This document shows, piece by piece, positions 1-9,904 of a DNA stretch of 64,000 nt (positions within the stretch are counted from its first letter, which is position 1; the number at the start of each line of letters is the position of its first letter). The DNA is from a virus. A program made the translations under genes and the position numbers. The notes beneath the pieces were generated by a model. That model did no database searches, had not been told where the DNA came from, and saw only the letters and a list, made by a program, of their open reading frames with translations. The stretch lies in the IMG/VR virus record IMGVR_UViG_3300021599_001992, positions 1 through 64,000 of that record; one strand, given 5' to 3'.

Positions 1-2
1 CT

Positions 3-677
3 CCTGAATTGGCTCAAGACGTAAGTGCATTCCACAACATCGACGCTGAAGCTGAGTTAACAGCATTGTTATCTGAGCAAATCGCAGCTGAAATCGATCG
101 TGAAATCCTTCGTGACCTTCGTAAAGGTGCCGCTTGGACTGCTAAGTGGGACTATAACGAATGGAGATATGGTAATGGTGGTGTAGCATTCGCTGGTTAC
201 ACTCAAAAAGACTGGAACCAAACTTTGATCACTAAGATCAATCAGGTTTCTGCTCAAATCCATAAATCAACTTTAAGAGGTGGTGCTAACTGGATCGTTG
301 TATCTTCAGAAGTTTCTGCTGTATTAGATGATTTAGAGTATTTCCACGTATCAAATGCTCATCCTGAGCAAGATCAGTACAACATGGGTATCGAGAAAAT
401 CGGTTCAATAGCAGGTCGTTATCAAGTTTACCGTGATCCATATTTACCAGCTGGTAAAATTATCATGGGACACAAAGGTAAGTCATTGTTAGACGCTGGT
501 TACATCTACGCACCATATGTACCTTTACAGTTGACCCCAACTATGTACAATCCGTTCAACTTTACCCCAATCAAGGGTATCATGACAAGATACGCGAAGA
601 AAATGGTTAACAACCGTTACTTCGGTGTGATCAACTGTTTCGGATTACAAACATTCAGTTTGGACACTTTAAGATAA
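3..677 (+). CDS. gp23: Major capsid protein, T4 gp23-like (5'-partial, C-terminal part)
   Basis: ELAQD..HNIDAEAEL..LLSEQIAAEIDREI, GGANWIVVS, DAGYIYAPYVPL and KGIMTRYAK are gp23-family motifs. The frame is open from the window start. Confidence 0.93.
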   Translation, partial: PELAQDVSAFHNIDAEAELTALLSEQIAAEIDREILRDLRKGAAWTAKWDYNEWRYGNGGVAFAGYTQKDWNQTLITKINQVSAQIHKSTLRGGANWIVVSSEVSAVLDDLEYFHVSNAHPEQDQYNMGIEKIGSIAGRYQVYRDPYLPAGKIIMGHKGKSLLDAGYIYAPYVPLQLTPTMYNPFNFTPIKGIMTRYAKKMVNNRYFGVINCFGLQTFSLDTLR

Positions 678-698
678 TTTTTATCTTGATATATAAAG

Positions 699-730
699 AA
701 CCCCCGAGAAATTGGGGGTTTTTTATTTTT
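699..730 (+). terminator. Rho-independent terminator after the capsid gene
   Basis: AACCCCCGA-GAAA-TTGGGGGTT hairpin followed by a T-rich tract. Confidence 0.85.
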
Positions 731-759
731 GGTATATTCCAGATTATTTTGTATATTTG
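728..759 (+). promoter_or_regulatory. Bacteroidota-type sigma-A promoter (-33 TTTG / -7 TAnnTTTG)
   Basis: TTTG at 728-731, 20-nt spacer, TATATTTG at 752-759, ATG at 764. Confidence 0.7.
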
Positions 760-763
760 CAAT

Positions 764-1078
764 ATGTCAGATACAGATTATAGTAAATTAAGGTTAGATG
801 TCCTTGAAAAAATGATATATTCAAGAGGAATTGAATGTAAAATGAAGAAGGACGAAATGGTGAAAATGTTGAAACTTTATGATGAAGGAAAATATGTTGA
901 ACCAACGAAAGACACAATTTATATAAAAGACGGGAATGGTTATATGGTTGGAGTAGATATTAAAAACAAAGATCACGTATCACAAATAAGTAAATTAATA
1001 GAAAAAAAAGAAGGGAAATCACTAAACAGATATTCTGAAGAAAGAATATGGTATTGGATACCGAATAAATTAATATGA
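764..1078 (+). CDS. Hypothetical protein (start corrected to MSDTDY)
   Basis: The ORF-track start at 686 runs through the terminator; the ATG at 764 directly follows the promoter. Confidence 0.7.
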   Translation: MSDTDYSKLRLDVLEKMIYSRGIECKMKKDEMVKMLKLYDEGKYVEPTKDTIYIKDGNGYMVGVDIKNKDHVSQISKLIEKKEGKSLNRYSEERIWYWIPNKLI

Positions 1079-1515
1079 ATTGGAACGAATATTTTTTAGG
1101 AATTGCAGAACAAGTTAAACTTAAATCCAAAGATCAATCTACACAGATAGGTGCTGTTATTGTTGGAGAGGATAATGAGGTACTTTCTACGGGTTATAAT
1201 TCATTTCCAAGGGGAATGGACGATTCTAAAGAAGAACGTCAGGAAAGACCTGAAAAATACTTCTGGTTTGAACATGCGGAACGTAATGCAATATATAACG
1301 CCGCTCGTGTTGGTACTCCTTTAAAAGGTGCCACAATATACTTAACATCTGGTTTACCTTGTATGGATTGTGCAAGAGGAATTGTAAACTGCGGTATCAG
1401 GGTCGTTTACTGTAAACATATTTGTACCACAAAAAATAAGGAGAAGTGGGACGAATCACAAAGTAAATCCTACCAACTTCTCCTTGAATGTAATATTAAT
1501 GTAATTTTTTACTAA
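1075..1515 (+). CDS. dCMP deaminase
   Basis: HAE and PCxxC zinc motifs, plus W..YF and GYN.FPRG. Confidence 0.93.
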   Translation: MNWNEYFLGIAEQVKLKSKDQSTQIGAVIVGEDNEVLSTGYNSFPRGMDDSKEERQERPEKYFWFEHAERNAIYNAARVGTPLKGATIYLTSGLPCMDCARGIVNCGIRVVYCKHICTTKNKEKWDESQSKSYQLLLECNINVIFY

Positions 1516-2265
1516 TTACCAAGTTCTACATGCCCAATATCTTGGTTTCCAACGTGGACCTGGATTATCACAATGATGTCTCGCTCTAAATGATTTTCTT
1601 CTTTCAGGGTTATTTTTCTTGATTTTCATAACTTTTCCTTTAGCAGATTTTCCACCAAATCCAAAGTTAACTTTCACTACTTTACCTTTATCATTTTTAA
1701 CGTAAACTTTGAATTTCTTTACGTCTCCTTGCATTATTTTACCTAATTGTACTTTACGACCTTGGTATTCGGCTTCATTTAATAAATCATCTAATTCATA
1801 GTTTGTATTTTGAATTGACCCAAATTCGTCTTCGTACATTAGTACGGGTACTTGTTCATTATAGTTAAATAATCTATTAAATTGTTCCTCGGTTATTTGA
1901 ATTACAGTTCTTTTCTCCATATTTTCATCAAATTTTGTCATTGTCGGTTTATTTCCCTTTCCGACTTTAGGGTCTTTTTTTTCGGCTCTTCTTTTTTGAG
2001 AAGTCATTGATTTCTTTTCTTTTTTACTGTAAGAAGATGCTGTTTTTGGTGTTTCTTTCGATACTTTTTTTGATGGTCTACATTTTGGATATGCTTTACC
2101 ATCAGCATCTTTTCTACCACAAGGTGGGTGTTTACCTTTTACTTTTCTACTAACATCTACCCATTTCTCTTTGAACCATCTTCTTAAGTCCTCTTTTAAA
2201 ACTTCACCTGATTCAAGACATTCGTTTATGTAATCCTTATCTTCTTTAGATACAATGATATTCAT
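1516..2265 (-). CDS. Basic two-module phage protein (C-terminal module DUF6321-like), probable internal head protein
   Basis: Two Lys/Arg-rich modules (LRRWFKEKWVD..PCGR..YPKCRP and KKFKVYV..VNFG..RRKSFRARHHC..YWACRTW) joined by an acidic linker. Confidence 0.6.
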   Translation of the reverse strand: MNIIVSKEDKDYINECLESGEVLKEDLRRWFKEKWVDVSRKVKGKHPPCGRKDADGKAYPKCRPSKKVSKETPKTASSYSKKEKKSMTSQKRRAEKKDPKVGKGNKPTMTKFDENMEKRTVIQITEEQFNRLFNYNEQVPVLMYEDEFGSIQNTNYELDDLLNEAEYQGRKVQLGKIMQGDVKKFKVYVKNDKGKVVKVNFGFGGKSAKGKVMKIKKNNPERRKSFRARHHCDNPGPRWKPRYWACRTW

Positions 2266-2269
2266 ATTA

Positions 2270-2410
2270 TTATTTATTTAACCAACCATCCATAATCCCA
2301 CTCTTAATATCGGGATAATAATTAAGGAGTATAAGTACTCCTGATATAATTACTATAGGTCTCCAATTTTTTCTAAGAAATGTTTCTAAATCTTTGATAA
2401 ATTCTTTCAT
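2270..2410 (-). CDS. Small membrane protein, 46 aa (not in ORF track)
   Basis: MKEFIKDLETFLRKNWRPIVIISGVLILLNYYPDIKSGIMDGWLNK; fills the gap between neighbours exactly and has one hydrophobic segment. Confidence 0.7.
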   Translation of the reverse strand: MKEFIKDLETFLRKNWRPIVIISGVLILLNYYPDIKSGIMDGWLNK

Positions 2411-2413
2411 GGT

Positions 2414-2884
2414 TTATTTTTTACATTTTCTCCATCCACCACCTTTGGATTTGTAGTTTTTTGCTGCCCAACCGTTTGCATATGCAGAAGGGTACACATC
2501 AAATTTAGCTTTGGCCGCCGCTTTAGATGCTGCCCATTTTGCAGGATCCGTGGGACAATTTTTACTTTCATCAATTTCTTCCATTTCGTTTAGACTAAAT
2601 TGAGAAGTGTCAGCTTTTACTGATTTTTCTTCTCCATCTCCTTTGGTTTGGTTCATTAGGAAATCGAAAACTTGGTCTAATAAACTTTTGGCCTCTGCAA
2701 TATGATCTTGAGCCCAATCATGTTCTTTTAATATACCATCGATCATATCGTGATCTTCTTTCATCAAAAGATCACACTGTCTTTTCATTTGTTCAATATT
2801 TCCAAAAAACATGTAGTTTTCATGATTCTGTTCTTCAGTTATTTGTTTCAAGTGTTTTTTTATAATTTCGTCTAACTTTTTCAT
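2414..2884 (-). CDS. Two-module phage protein, probable internal head protein
   Basis: Helical N-terminal module (YMFF..DWAQDHI) and basic C-terminal module KFDVYPSAYANGW..YKSKGGGW; TATTTATA upstream. Confidence 0.6.
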   Translation of the reverse strand: MKKLDEIIKKHLKQITEEQNHENYMFFGNIEQMKRQCDLLMKEDHDMIDGILKEHDWAQDHIAEAKSLLDQVFDFLMNQTKGDGEEKSVKADTSQFSLNEMEEIDESKNCPTDPAKWAASKAAAKAKFDVYPSAYANGWAAKNYKSKGGGWRKCKK

Positions 2885-2905
2885 ATTTTATAAATATTGA
2901 TTAAT

Positions 2906-4303
2906 TTATGATACGCTGTTCATTAATGAAGCCCTTTCTGAAAGAATTTCAAATTTTATTTCTTCATTAAAGAAAATCTCTTCATTATTTATTTTTGCTT
3001 TTATTTCTACGTAATATTCTCTTGGTATGTATATTGAAGTATCCAAAGTAAAGGAGTTTTCGTTTGTTGTATCCATTTGTGTCCAATCGTGAACAACTAC
3101 ATTTGTTCTACCTTCTTTAATGTATATTCTGTAAAATACATCGTCAAAAACATTTGAAATTGGATTTTCTATAGATTTCAAAATTGATACAACTTTTCTT
3201 TTTTCTCCTCTTATAATTTTTTCATTTTGTTTTATACCATAAAATTGTACAACATATCTCTTATAATCTTTTGGGTTATCACCAATACCATATAAACTTG
3301 TATATGGTTTAGGAATAAATTTTTGTGTTGTATCTGATACTGAAACCCCATCTATTGTTAATCCTTTCCATTTGTCAAAGAAAAATCGTTTTCCGTCACA
3401 TAATAAACCATCAATACCAAATGTAACTTTATATACTCCTTTTCTTATTTTTGTGGATGTTAATCCTGTTAAACTTGGAATTGGTGTATTGTTACTATCC
3501 AATATGTCAACGGTTGGGTTTGAATCTAAATCATAAAAATTAGTACCCTTAGTTATGTATAGATACAAATTTTGATCAACTTTTTCAACAAAGTTTAATC
3601 TATCGTCATTAATTCTATCGTCAAAAAAAGTTTCAACAAACGGTTCAAAAAATGTTTGTGTGTATTTTGTGAAAAACGCTACGGATTGTTCAAATTCTGT
3701 TTTGATATCTTGATACGGTATAGAAAATGCAAGACCTATCCCATGATTTACAGTACCCCCTGTTAATATACCATTAACATAATTGGTAATATCAACCATT
3801 ATATTTTCATTTCCTTTGTCAAAATGAATAGTTGAGATTATATCAGGTGTTGTTCCGTATATACCTTCAGTTGTCCATTCGTAAAGTGTTGTCCTATTGA
3901 ACCAATTCGAGGGTCTTTCGTCGTATGTGTTATTTCCACTTGTGAAATCATAAGAACCTTCTTCATAATCAAAACCCAAACCCTCATCCCAAAACTCATT
4001 TATTTTAAATAAAATTAAATCAAAGGAATTTGTTCTTTGTCTACCCGTTCCTCTTTTTGCACCTAAAAAAGTTTCATCGCCAAATATTGTGTTTGTTAAA
4101 TTAAGTGTATGAGTGGTGCCTGTGGTTATAACATAATCCCCACCGGTAATTTTATTTTTTAAATCTTCAAAATCAATTTTAAAGATAAATTTAGAAAATT
4201 TGTCACCGTAAAAAATTTCGGTTGATGGATTTTTGGAGGTGTTAACCACCGAATCTTTTATAATTGTGTTATTTTTCTCAAAATATGAACGGAAATATGA
4301 CAT
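2906..4303 (-). CDS. Putative virion structural protein
   Basis: 465 aa, beta-rich composition, late motif upstream. Confidence 0.5.
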   Translation of the reverse strand: MSYFRSYFEKNNTIIKDSVVNTSKNPSTEIFYGDKFSKFIFKIDFEDLKNKITGGDYVITTGTTHTLNLTNTIFGDETFLGAKRGTGRQRTNSFDLILFKINEFWDEGLGFDYEEGSYDFTSGNNTYDERPSNWFNRTTLYEWTTEGIYGTTPDIISTIHFDKGNENIMVDITNYVNGILTGGTVNHGIGLAFSIPYQDIKTEFEQSVAFFTKYTQTFFEPFVETFFDDRINDDRLNFVEKVDQNLYLYITKGTNFYDLDSNPTVDILDSNNTPIPSLTGLTSTKIRKGVYKVTFGIDGLLCDGKRFFFDKWKGLTIDGVSVSDTTQKFIPKPYTSLYGIGDNPKDYKRYVVQFYGIKQNEKIIRGEKRKVVSILKSIENPISNVFDDVFYRIYIKEGRTNVVVHDWTQMDTTNENSFTLDTSIYIPREYYVEIKAKINNEEIFFNEEIKFEILSERASLMNSVS

Positions 4304-4325
4304 CTTTTTATTTAATAAATATCAA

Positions 4326-5843
4326 TTAGTTAATTCTAATTGACTTATTTAAGATGTCGTTTTCGAGAGTTTCTAATAATCTTTTTAATTCTTCACCTTC
4401 CGAATAATCTGTTTGTCCAATTATTGAGTTCAGAAGATTGTGTCTATGGGTGAAAATCACATTAATTATTGATCTTAATACCGCCAATAAATTTTCCCCT
4501 CTTACGGTTGAAAATGTATTTGGATCTATGTCTTTGACATAGTTTTCTTGTGTATATTCATACTTATCTAAATCATAAAAGGGTACAGGTGTAGATGATT
4601 CGTTATCACCTAAATCAGTAGAAAGAAAATATATTTTATCAGATTTTATGGCCGAAAAAGTTTGCTCGGGTGTATTTTCATCAATTTCTAAATATTTTTC
4701 TATTTGAACACCATCTTTAAATGGTACCTTAACACTGTTTTGTGACCAAATTAATCCTGCGGTTGGTCCAACTCTTGCAACTGATGTATTTTGTATAAAG
4801 TATTCTTTATTTGTCTGTTCTGTTGGATTTGCAGGTGACAGCGATACCATTGATTTAGATGGTCTAAAATAAAAAGGATGAATATCTTCATCGGTGTATA
4901 AAGGGTTAACTTCAGATAAATTTAAATCGTGAATATCAAATATAATTGATCTCACTTGTTTAGATGCATCAATAATATCTGTAATGGTTTCTGTAAAAGT
5001 AGGTGTAGTTGCAGAGTTGTCCTCATTGATGAGTTGTAGTAAACTTCCTGGTGCCTCTGTGGCAATATTAAAAAAATCAGTTTTAAAGACATTACCATAC
5101 TCAGATAAAACTTTATAAACAAAGATTTTTATTGTTGCAGGATTTGATTCAGTTGGGGATAGTGAGTCTATTTCATATTCGACTAAATAATTTAAGTTTT
5201 TTATTTCATAGTTTCTTTGTGTAATCTCCCTCTCCTTAAGAACCATTTTTTTAGGAAATTTCTTTAAGTATAAGTTTGAAGATTTTTTTGCAAAAATTGG
5301 TTCATTAATTAATATCTCTTTATTTTTTACACTCGCAGCATCTTTAGATAATAATTTTCCACCTCTTAATTGTAATCCATTTTCGGTGAATAATAAATCT
5401 GAACCTGACTTACCATAAACAGCATAATCTTCTTCGTTTGCAAAACAGTTTTCTGTCTTACCTCTATATGTTCCAGAATCATCTCTTATATCAGGTTTAT
5501 CTTGTACGAAAATACCATATGTTGTGTTAGATATTTGTTGTGAATATGTTTGATTATTAAAATCATATGTTGTTGTAAAAGGACCCGCAATGTATTCTTG
5601 GTTAACAGTTTCTTTGTTTGGATTATAATTAATTATTTTAACTGCTTGACCATTTTCTGGTATAAAATTAATGTTTGTTGGTAAAAATGGTGATGCAACA
5701 AATGGATCACTTTTATCCCATAGAGTATATTTTATAGATTTTTCTTTTCCTGATATATAATCATTATATCGAATACATCTAATTCTTCCTAAACCTTTCG
5801 GATCAATATTATCAAGACATATACCTAAATCAATAATTTTCAT
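4326..5843 (-). CDS. Baseplate central spike, gp5/VgrG OB-fold-like
   Basis: N-terminal G.C.DN.DP.GLGRIR and P..GQAV.II gp5-OB signature; C-terminal HRH. Confidence 0.6.
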   Translation of the reverse strand: MKIIDLGICLDNIDPKGLGRIRCIRYNDYISGKEKSIKYTLWDKSDPFVASPFLPTNINFIPENGQAVKIINYNPNKETVNQEYIAGPFTTTYDFNNQTYSQQISNTTYGIFVQDKPDIRDDSGTYRGKTENCFANEEDYAVYGKSGSDLLFTENGLQLRGGKLLSKDAASVKNKEILINEPIFAKKSSNLYLKKFPKKMVLKEREITQRNYEIKNLNYLVEYEIDSLSPTESNPATIKIFVYKVLSEYGNVFKTDFFNIATEAPGSLLQLINEDNSATTPTFTETITDIIDASKQVRSIIFDIHDLNLSEVNPLYTDEDIHPFYFRPSKSMVSLSPANPTEQTNKEYFIQNTSVARVGPTAGLIWSQNSVKVPFKDGVQIEKYLEIDENTPEQTFSAIKSDKIYFLSTDLGDNESSTPVPFYDLDKYEYTQENYVKDIDPNTFSTVRGENLLAVLRSIINVIFTHRHNLLNSIIGQTDYSEGEELKRLLETLENDILNKSIRIN

Positions 5844-6043
5844 AATCCTTCATGTCTTTTTTTAATTTCATTATTTATCATATTATAATATTCTTCTATA
5901 ATATCCAAATGTTTGGTCATTTCAACTATTAGTTGTTTTGTATTTTCAAATTCATCACTTAATATTTCAATTGCGGAAAATAAATCTTTGTTAGATTTAT
6001 TTTTTATATCACTGATAATTTCTAATAGTTTTTCCTTTTCCAT
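5840..6043 (-). CDS. Small coiled-coil hypothetical protein
   Basis: Tightly packed in the operon; heptad pattern. Confidence 0.65.
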   Translation of the reverse strand: MEKEKLLEIISDIKNKSNKDLFSAIEILSDEFENTKQLIVEMTKHLDIIEEYYNMINNEIKKRHEGL

Positions 6044-6044
6044 A

Positions 6045-8036
6045 TTAAGTATTAAAAAGACCCGTACTGTTATTTGTAAATGGAGGAATAATTCCCGGTC
6101 CTAAAGGTGTCACAACAGTTATTGGTCTCGCATTAGTTGTTGACATTGGTGCCTTTGCTAAGTTTTTTACAAGTGAATCCATCATAGAGGATATTGCCGA
6201 AACAAAACCATTGTTTTCTCCATTTATTGGTCCGACATCAATACCATTTGCCTGTAATTTAGATATTGTATCCATCATAATTTTTGCACTGTTCAATGAT
6301 GGTAATTTTTCTGATAACGCCAATAATGGTTTTGGGATTTTGAGATCTAATCCACCGGCAGATTCAATTCCTTTGTCTATTGATTTTATTATGGTTTCAA
6401 TTAATTCCGCACAACTATCTATATCGTCTTCTTTTATTTCTTTTAAAAACGCAATTAATGCGGATATTACCATGTAATATTTTTTATACTTGGATTTTAT
6501 TATTTTTGCCGCAACATCTTTTATAAAATTTTTAATATCTTTTTTAATTCTTTTCCAAAAATCTCTCAAGAATGTCCAAAAAACCTCTTTGATTATACAA
6601 TAAAACATATTGGATAATTTTTTCATGAAAAGTTTAATATCCATGGTAGCCTGAACAGTACCATCTATCGTTACTGAAAACAATTTATATATTGCAACTA
6701 TAGGTAAGAAAATTTTTGGCGATAAAATACTTTGGATTATTGCTTTAGGTATGTTGATTAAAAATTTTATATTTAATGATAATTGAAAACTTGGTAAATC
6801 GAAAGATCCGTCTGATTGTTCAAATGCGTCTGCTGCTGCTTTGTTAAGAGTTGAATTAATTAAATCGTTTGCACTTTTTTTATTTTCTAAAAATATGAAA
6901 TCTTCTACAATTTGTGTGTTTACTGGAACTTCAAAATTATTACATGTTTGAAATACTAAAACTTTTCTCAGTCTTGCATCCTCATCATCAAGATCAATTC
7001 CTTCCACGTCGTCAAAATTGAAATAAAATTCTTTATCTTCATCGTTCTCATCAAACATGTCAGTTGGATTCTGATTTTTTAAATCATCTCGTTTTGTTTG
7101 ATTTCCACAGAAAGACATAATTTTCTTCAATAATCTTTCTAAATCATTAATTGCACTATCAAAACTTACATTTACAGTATCACCTCCTCCACTTGTAGAT
7201 ATTGGGTTAGTATTGACAGCATTTAATGTCATTATCATAGCATTTTTTAAAATGGTTTTTATATCCGGCATTTCAATACTACTATAATAATCATCCAAAA
7301 AATCCTCAACCTTAACATCAACCCCACAGTTACCAGGTGAACTACCTTGTGTTAATCCTGTGATATTAAAACGTTGATTAGAATCATCCCAATTTATGGT
7401 AAATAATGTTTTATTACTTGGTGTATCAAATTGATAGGGAGTACCTTGGAATGTGGTAAAAAGATTTCTGTTTACCTTTTCTTTACCCGATTCTTTTATT
7501 GGTTCGTATATAATTTTACCCAAATCACTATTTGGGGTAATTGTCAAAATATTTAAAAAATCTATTTCTCTTGGTTTGAGTGTAACTTGATCATATGTAC
7601 AACCACTAAATGTCTTATTATTACCACAAACTCCACCATTAGAAAACAATGCTGTTTTCACACAATCCATAACAATCTCTTTGGATTTATTTACAGTTGA
7701 ATCTGCGGCATCAATTGCGTGTCTTTTTAATCTTTGTGTCGATGCGAATTTATCGAAATCATCAGCCTTTCTACCACTTTCTAAAATCTTATTTAATGGA
7801 CCAAGTATTTCAGAAAATATATCCTTTTTATTTTGTTTTTTTCTATTTCTATTTTTTCTTGAGGATTTTAAACCTTCTAATTTTTGACTTAATTCTTTAC
7901 TTGATGGTAAATCTTTTGTAACGAGATCGGCAAGATCAGTGAATGAACGAGAATCAAGTGTATTTTCATTTGTTTTCGTTGCATCAATTGCCTCAATTTT
8001 GGCTAATAATTCATTTATTTTTTTCTTTAAACTCAT
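6045..8036 (-). CDS. Hypothetical protein, probably virion or baseplate associated
   Basis: 663-aa ORF in the late operon upstream of the gp5-like gene. Confidence 0.55.
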   Translation of the reverse strand: MSLKKKINELLAKIEAIDATKTNENTLDSRSFTDLADLVTKDLPSSKELSQKLEGLKSSRKNRNRKKQNKKDIFSEILGPLNKILESGRKADDFDKFASTQRLKRHAIDAADSTVNKSKEIVMDCVKTALFSNGGVCGNNKTFSGCTYDQVTLKPREIDFLNILTITPNSDLGKIIYEPIKESGKEKVNRNLFTTFQGTPYQFDTPSNKTLFTINWDDSNQRFNITGLTQGSSPGNCGVDVKVEDFLDDYYSSIEMPDIKTILKNAMIMTLNAVNTNPISTSGGGDTVNVSFDSAINDLERLLKKIMSFCGNQTKRDDLKNQNPTDMFDENDEDKEFYFNFDDVEGIDLDDEDARLRKVLVFQTCNNFEVPVNTQIVEDFIFLENKKSANDLINSTLNKAAADAFEQSDGSFDLPSFQLSLNIKFLINIPKAIIQSILSPKIFLPIVAIYKLFSVTIDGTVQATMDIKLFMKKLSNMFYCIIKEVFWTFLRDFWKRIKKDIKNFIKDVAAKIIKSKYKKYYMVISALIAFLKEIKEDDIDSCAELIETIIKSIDKGIESAGGLDLKIPKPLLALSEKLPSLNSAKIMMDTISKLQANGIDVGPINGENNGFVSAISSMMDSLVKNLAKAPMSTTNARPITVVTPLGPGIIPPFTNNSTGLFNT

Positions 8037-8410
8037 TACAATTTATAATTCTCGTTTTTTTTATCTTCGTCATCAGTTAATAATTTATCAAGTAAATCTC
8101 TGTCCTCGTCTGATAAACTCAATTTACCCATAGGTGATCCTTTCGAACCCCCCTGAGTTTGTTTTAATAAAACACCTTGTAATTTTACAAGTGAAATTTT
8201 CTTTTCGGTACAGTCATTTAAAATTTTTTGTTGTTCCTTAATTACAGGACCAATAACACTCATATCCTCAGCGTCTTTCATGAAAGACATCATTTTACGC
8301 ATGATTGTAGATGCGGTATTTCTATTTTCAACAACATCATTATATATTTCTTGCATTAGTGCTAAAGCGGAATCAACATCTAATGTTATGTTTTTTCTTT
8401 CTCCTCTCAT
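8036..8410 (-). CDS. Hypothetical coiled-coil protein
   Basis: First gene after TATTTATT at 8415-8422. Confidence 0.6.
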   Translation of the reverse strand: MRGERKNITLDVDSALALMQEIYNDVVENRNTASTIMRKMMSFMKDAEDMSVIGPVIKEQQKILNDCTEKKISLVKLQGVLLKQTQGGSKGSPMGKLSLSDEDRDLLDKLLTDDEDKKNENYKL

Positions 8411-8425
8411 AACAAATAAATAGAT

Positions 8426-9124
8426 TTATTCTAAAAACCCACTCAAAATACCATCATATAATTTTTTAAACTTTTTTAGTGATATTCGAATTTCTTTAGT
8501 GGAAAGTGAAGTCATTTCTCTTAATGATAGTAAAATCAAGTTTTTATTGAATTTGTTACCATCACCAATTTGGAATATTTTATCAAAATTGCTAAAAATT
8601 TCCAATAACGCATATCCAAGTTTTTGTTCATTTTCAGTTAAAGATTCTTTTTCCATGAATTCTTCTAAAGAAATGGTTAACTTGATTATGACATCTCTAT
8701 AATCTAAAACATCGTCATCAATGGTGTACGAATGTTCGGGACTTTCTTCTATCGACGATGAGATATCATCATATGATACGCTTCTATTCATTTCTTTGGT
8801 GTCTTTCTGAATTGCTCCCATTAGGTAATTCTTACAAATAGTTCCAAAATATGAATATGCTTTGTGATTTTTTGTGTGGTCAAATTTATTGATTTTAGTA
8901 ATCAAAAATGACATGGTATCATCATGTATTTCTTGAAACTCTAAATCTTTTCTATACAATTTATAACGTCGAATAATTGATTCGACCATTATAATCAGGG
9001 GTTCTCTTAAATATTCGTTGAATATCTTATTTCTATCGTCCTCGGATTCAGATTCTAAATATCTTATTACCGCTTGTTCTTGATCCTCCCCAAAATATAT
9101 TTTTTGGGTTCTTTTTCTCGGCAT
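8426..9124 (-). CDS. Late-transcription sigma factor, T4 gp55-like
   Basis: Sigma region-2-like segment KINKFDHTKNHKAYSYFGTICKNYL, resembling gp55 F....NPFAYFT.I; about 230 aa. Confidence 0.75.
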   Translation of the reverse strand: MPRKRTQKIYFGEDQEQAVIRYLESESEDDRNKIFNEYLREPLIIMVESIIRRYKLYRKDLEFQEIHDDTMSFLITKINKFDHTKNHKAYSYFGTICKNYLMGAIQKDTKEMNRSVSYDDISSSIEESPEHSYTIDDDVLDYRDVIIKLTISLEEFMEKESLTENEQKLGYALLEIFSNFDKIFQIGDGNKFNKNLILLSLREMTSLSTKEIRISLKKFKKLYDGILSGFLE

Positions 9125-9904
9125 TTATGATTCAATATAATTTACATCACGTTTATTTTTGAAGAAAAATTCTTTTTTTGCCGTTTCTAACCAAAATTTA
9201 ACTTCGGGTTCTTTCAATTTAGTATCCTCATTATTTTTATATAACCAAAATAGTGAATCTTCTCTGAAATTGACATGCTCATAACCAATTTTAGGTACAG
9301 TAATAATTTTAACACCATTATGTGTCATTCTTAATAAAAACTCATATGTGAATGTTAATTTTATATTTTCTTTAAACATTCCATTTTCTTTTATTACTGA
9401 TGTTCTATATAACGCACCACTTGTTTGATAATTTTGAAAATCTAATAATACTTCATTATCTAAGTATCCCTGTTTTTCTGTGAAACCATATGCCCAAGTT
9501 GATTCATTTGTGAAACTTAAAAACTTCCCTTCTTGATTAATATCTTTAACGATAGGTAAGAATATATCAACATCCGGATTTTCTTGGATATAATCATTCA
9601 TGTTTTTCAACCAAACGGATTTGTACTGATCGTCAACTTCTAAAATTGAAAACCATTCGGTGTCACATTTCGTGATACCTAAATTAATTTGAGTACAAAA
9701 ATCCGTACTACCATTATTAATTACATAATCAATTTCTAATTTATTTGATAAATTTTTAATTTTGTCTTTAAGACTTCCTGGACAAACAATACTAACTTTC
9801 ACATCGTTATGAAAATCTTCTACCGATTGAATAGAATTTTTTAACATTACGTCATAGTTATCATCCAATTTATGAATTGGTAATATAATTGTTATTTTTT
9901 TCAT
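9125..9904 (-). CDS. Glycosyltransferase, GT2 / GT-A fold
   Basis: ITIILPIH start, INLGI..CDTEWFSILEVDD (DxD-like), EFLLRM. Confidence 0.8.
   Translation of the reverse strand: MKKITIILPIHKLDDNYDVMLKNSIQSVEDFHNDVKVSIVCPGSLKDKIKNLSNKLEIDYVINNGSTDFCTQINLGITKCDTEWFSILEVDDQYKSVWLKNMNDYIQENPDVDIFLPIVKDINQEGKFLSFTNESTWAYGFTEKQGYLDNEVLLDFQNYQTSGALYRTSVIKENGMFKENIKLTFTYEFLLRMTHNGVKIITVPKIGYEHVNFREDSLFWLYKNNEDTKLKEPEVKFWLETAKKEFFFKNKRDVNYIES

Noticed and set aside
686-763. ORF-track N-terminal extensions (686; also 22872, 32575, 39399)
   Set aside because: They run through terminators or overlap neighbouring genes; downstream ATGs fit the promoter positions better.
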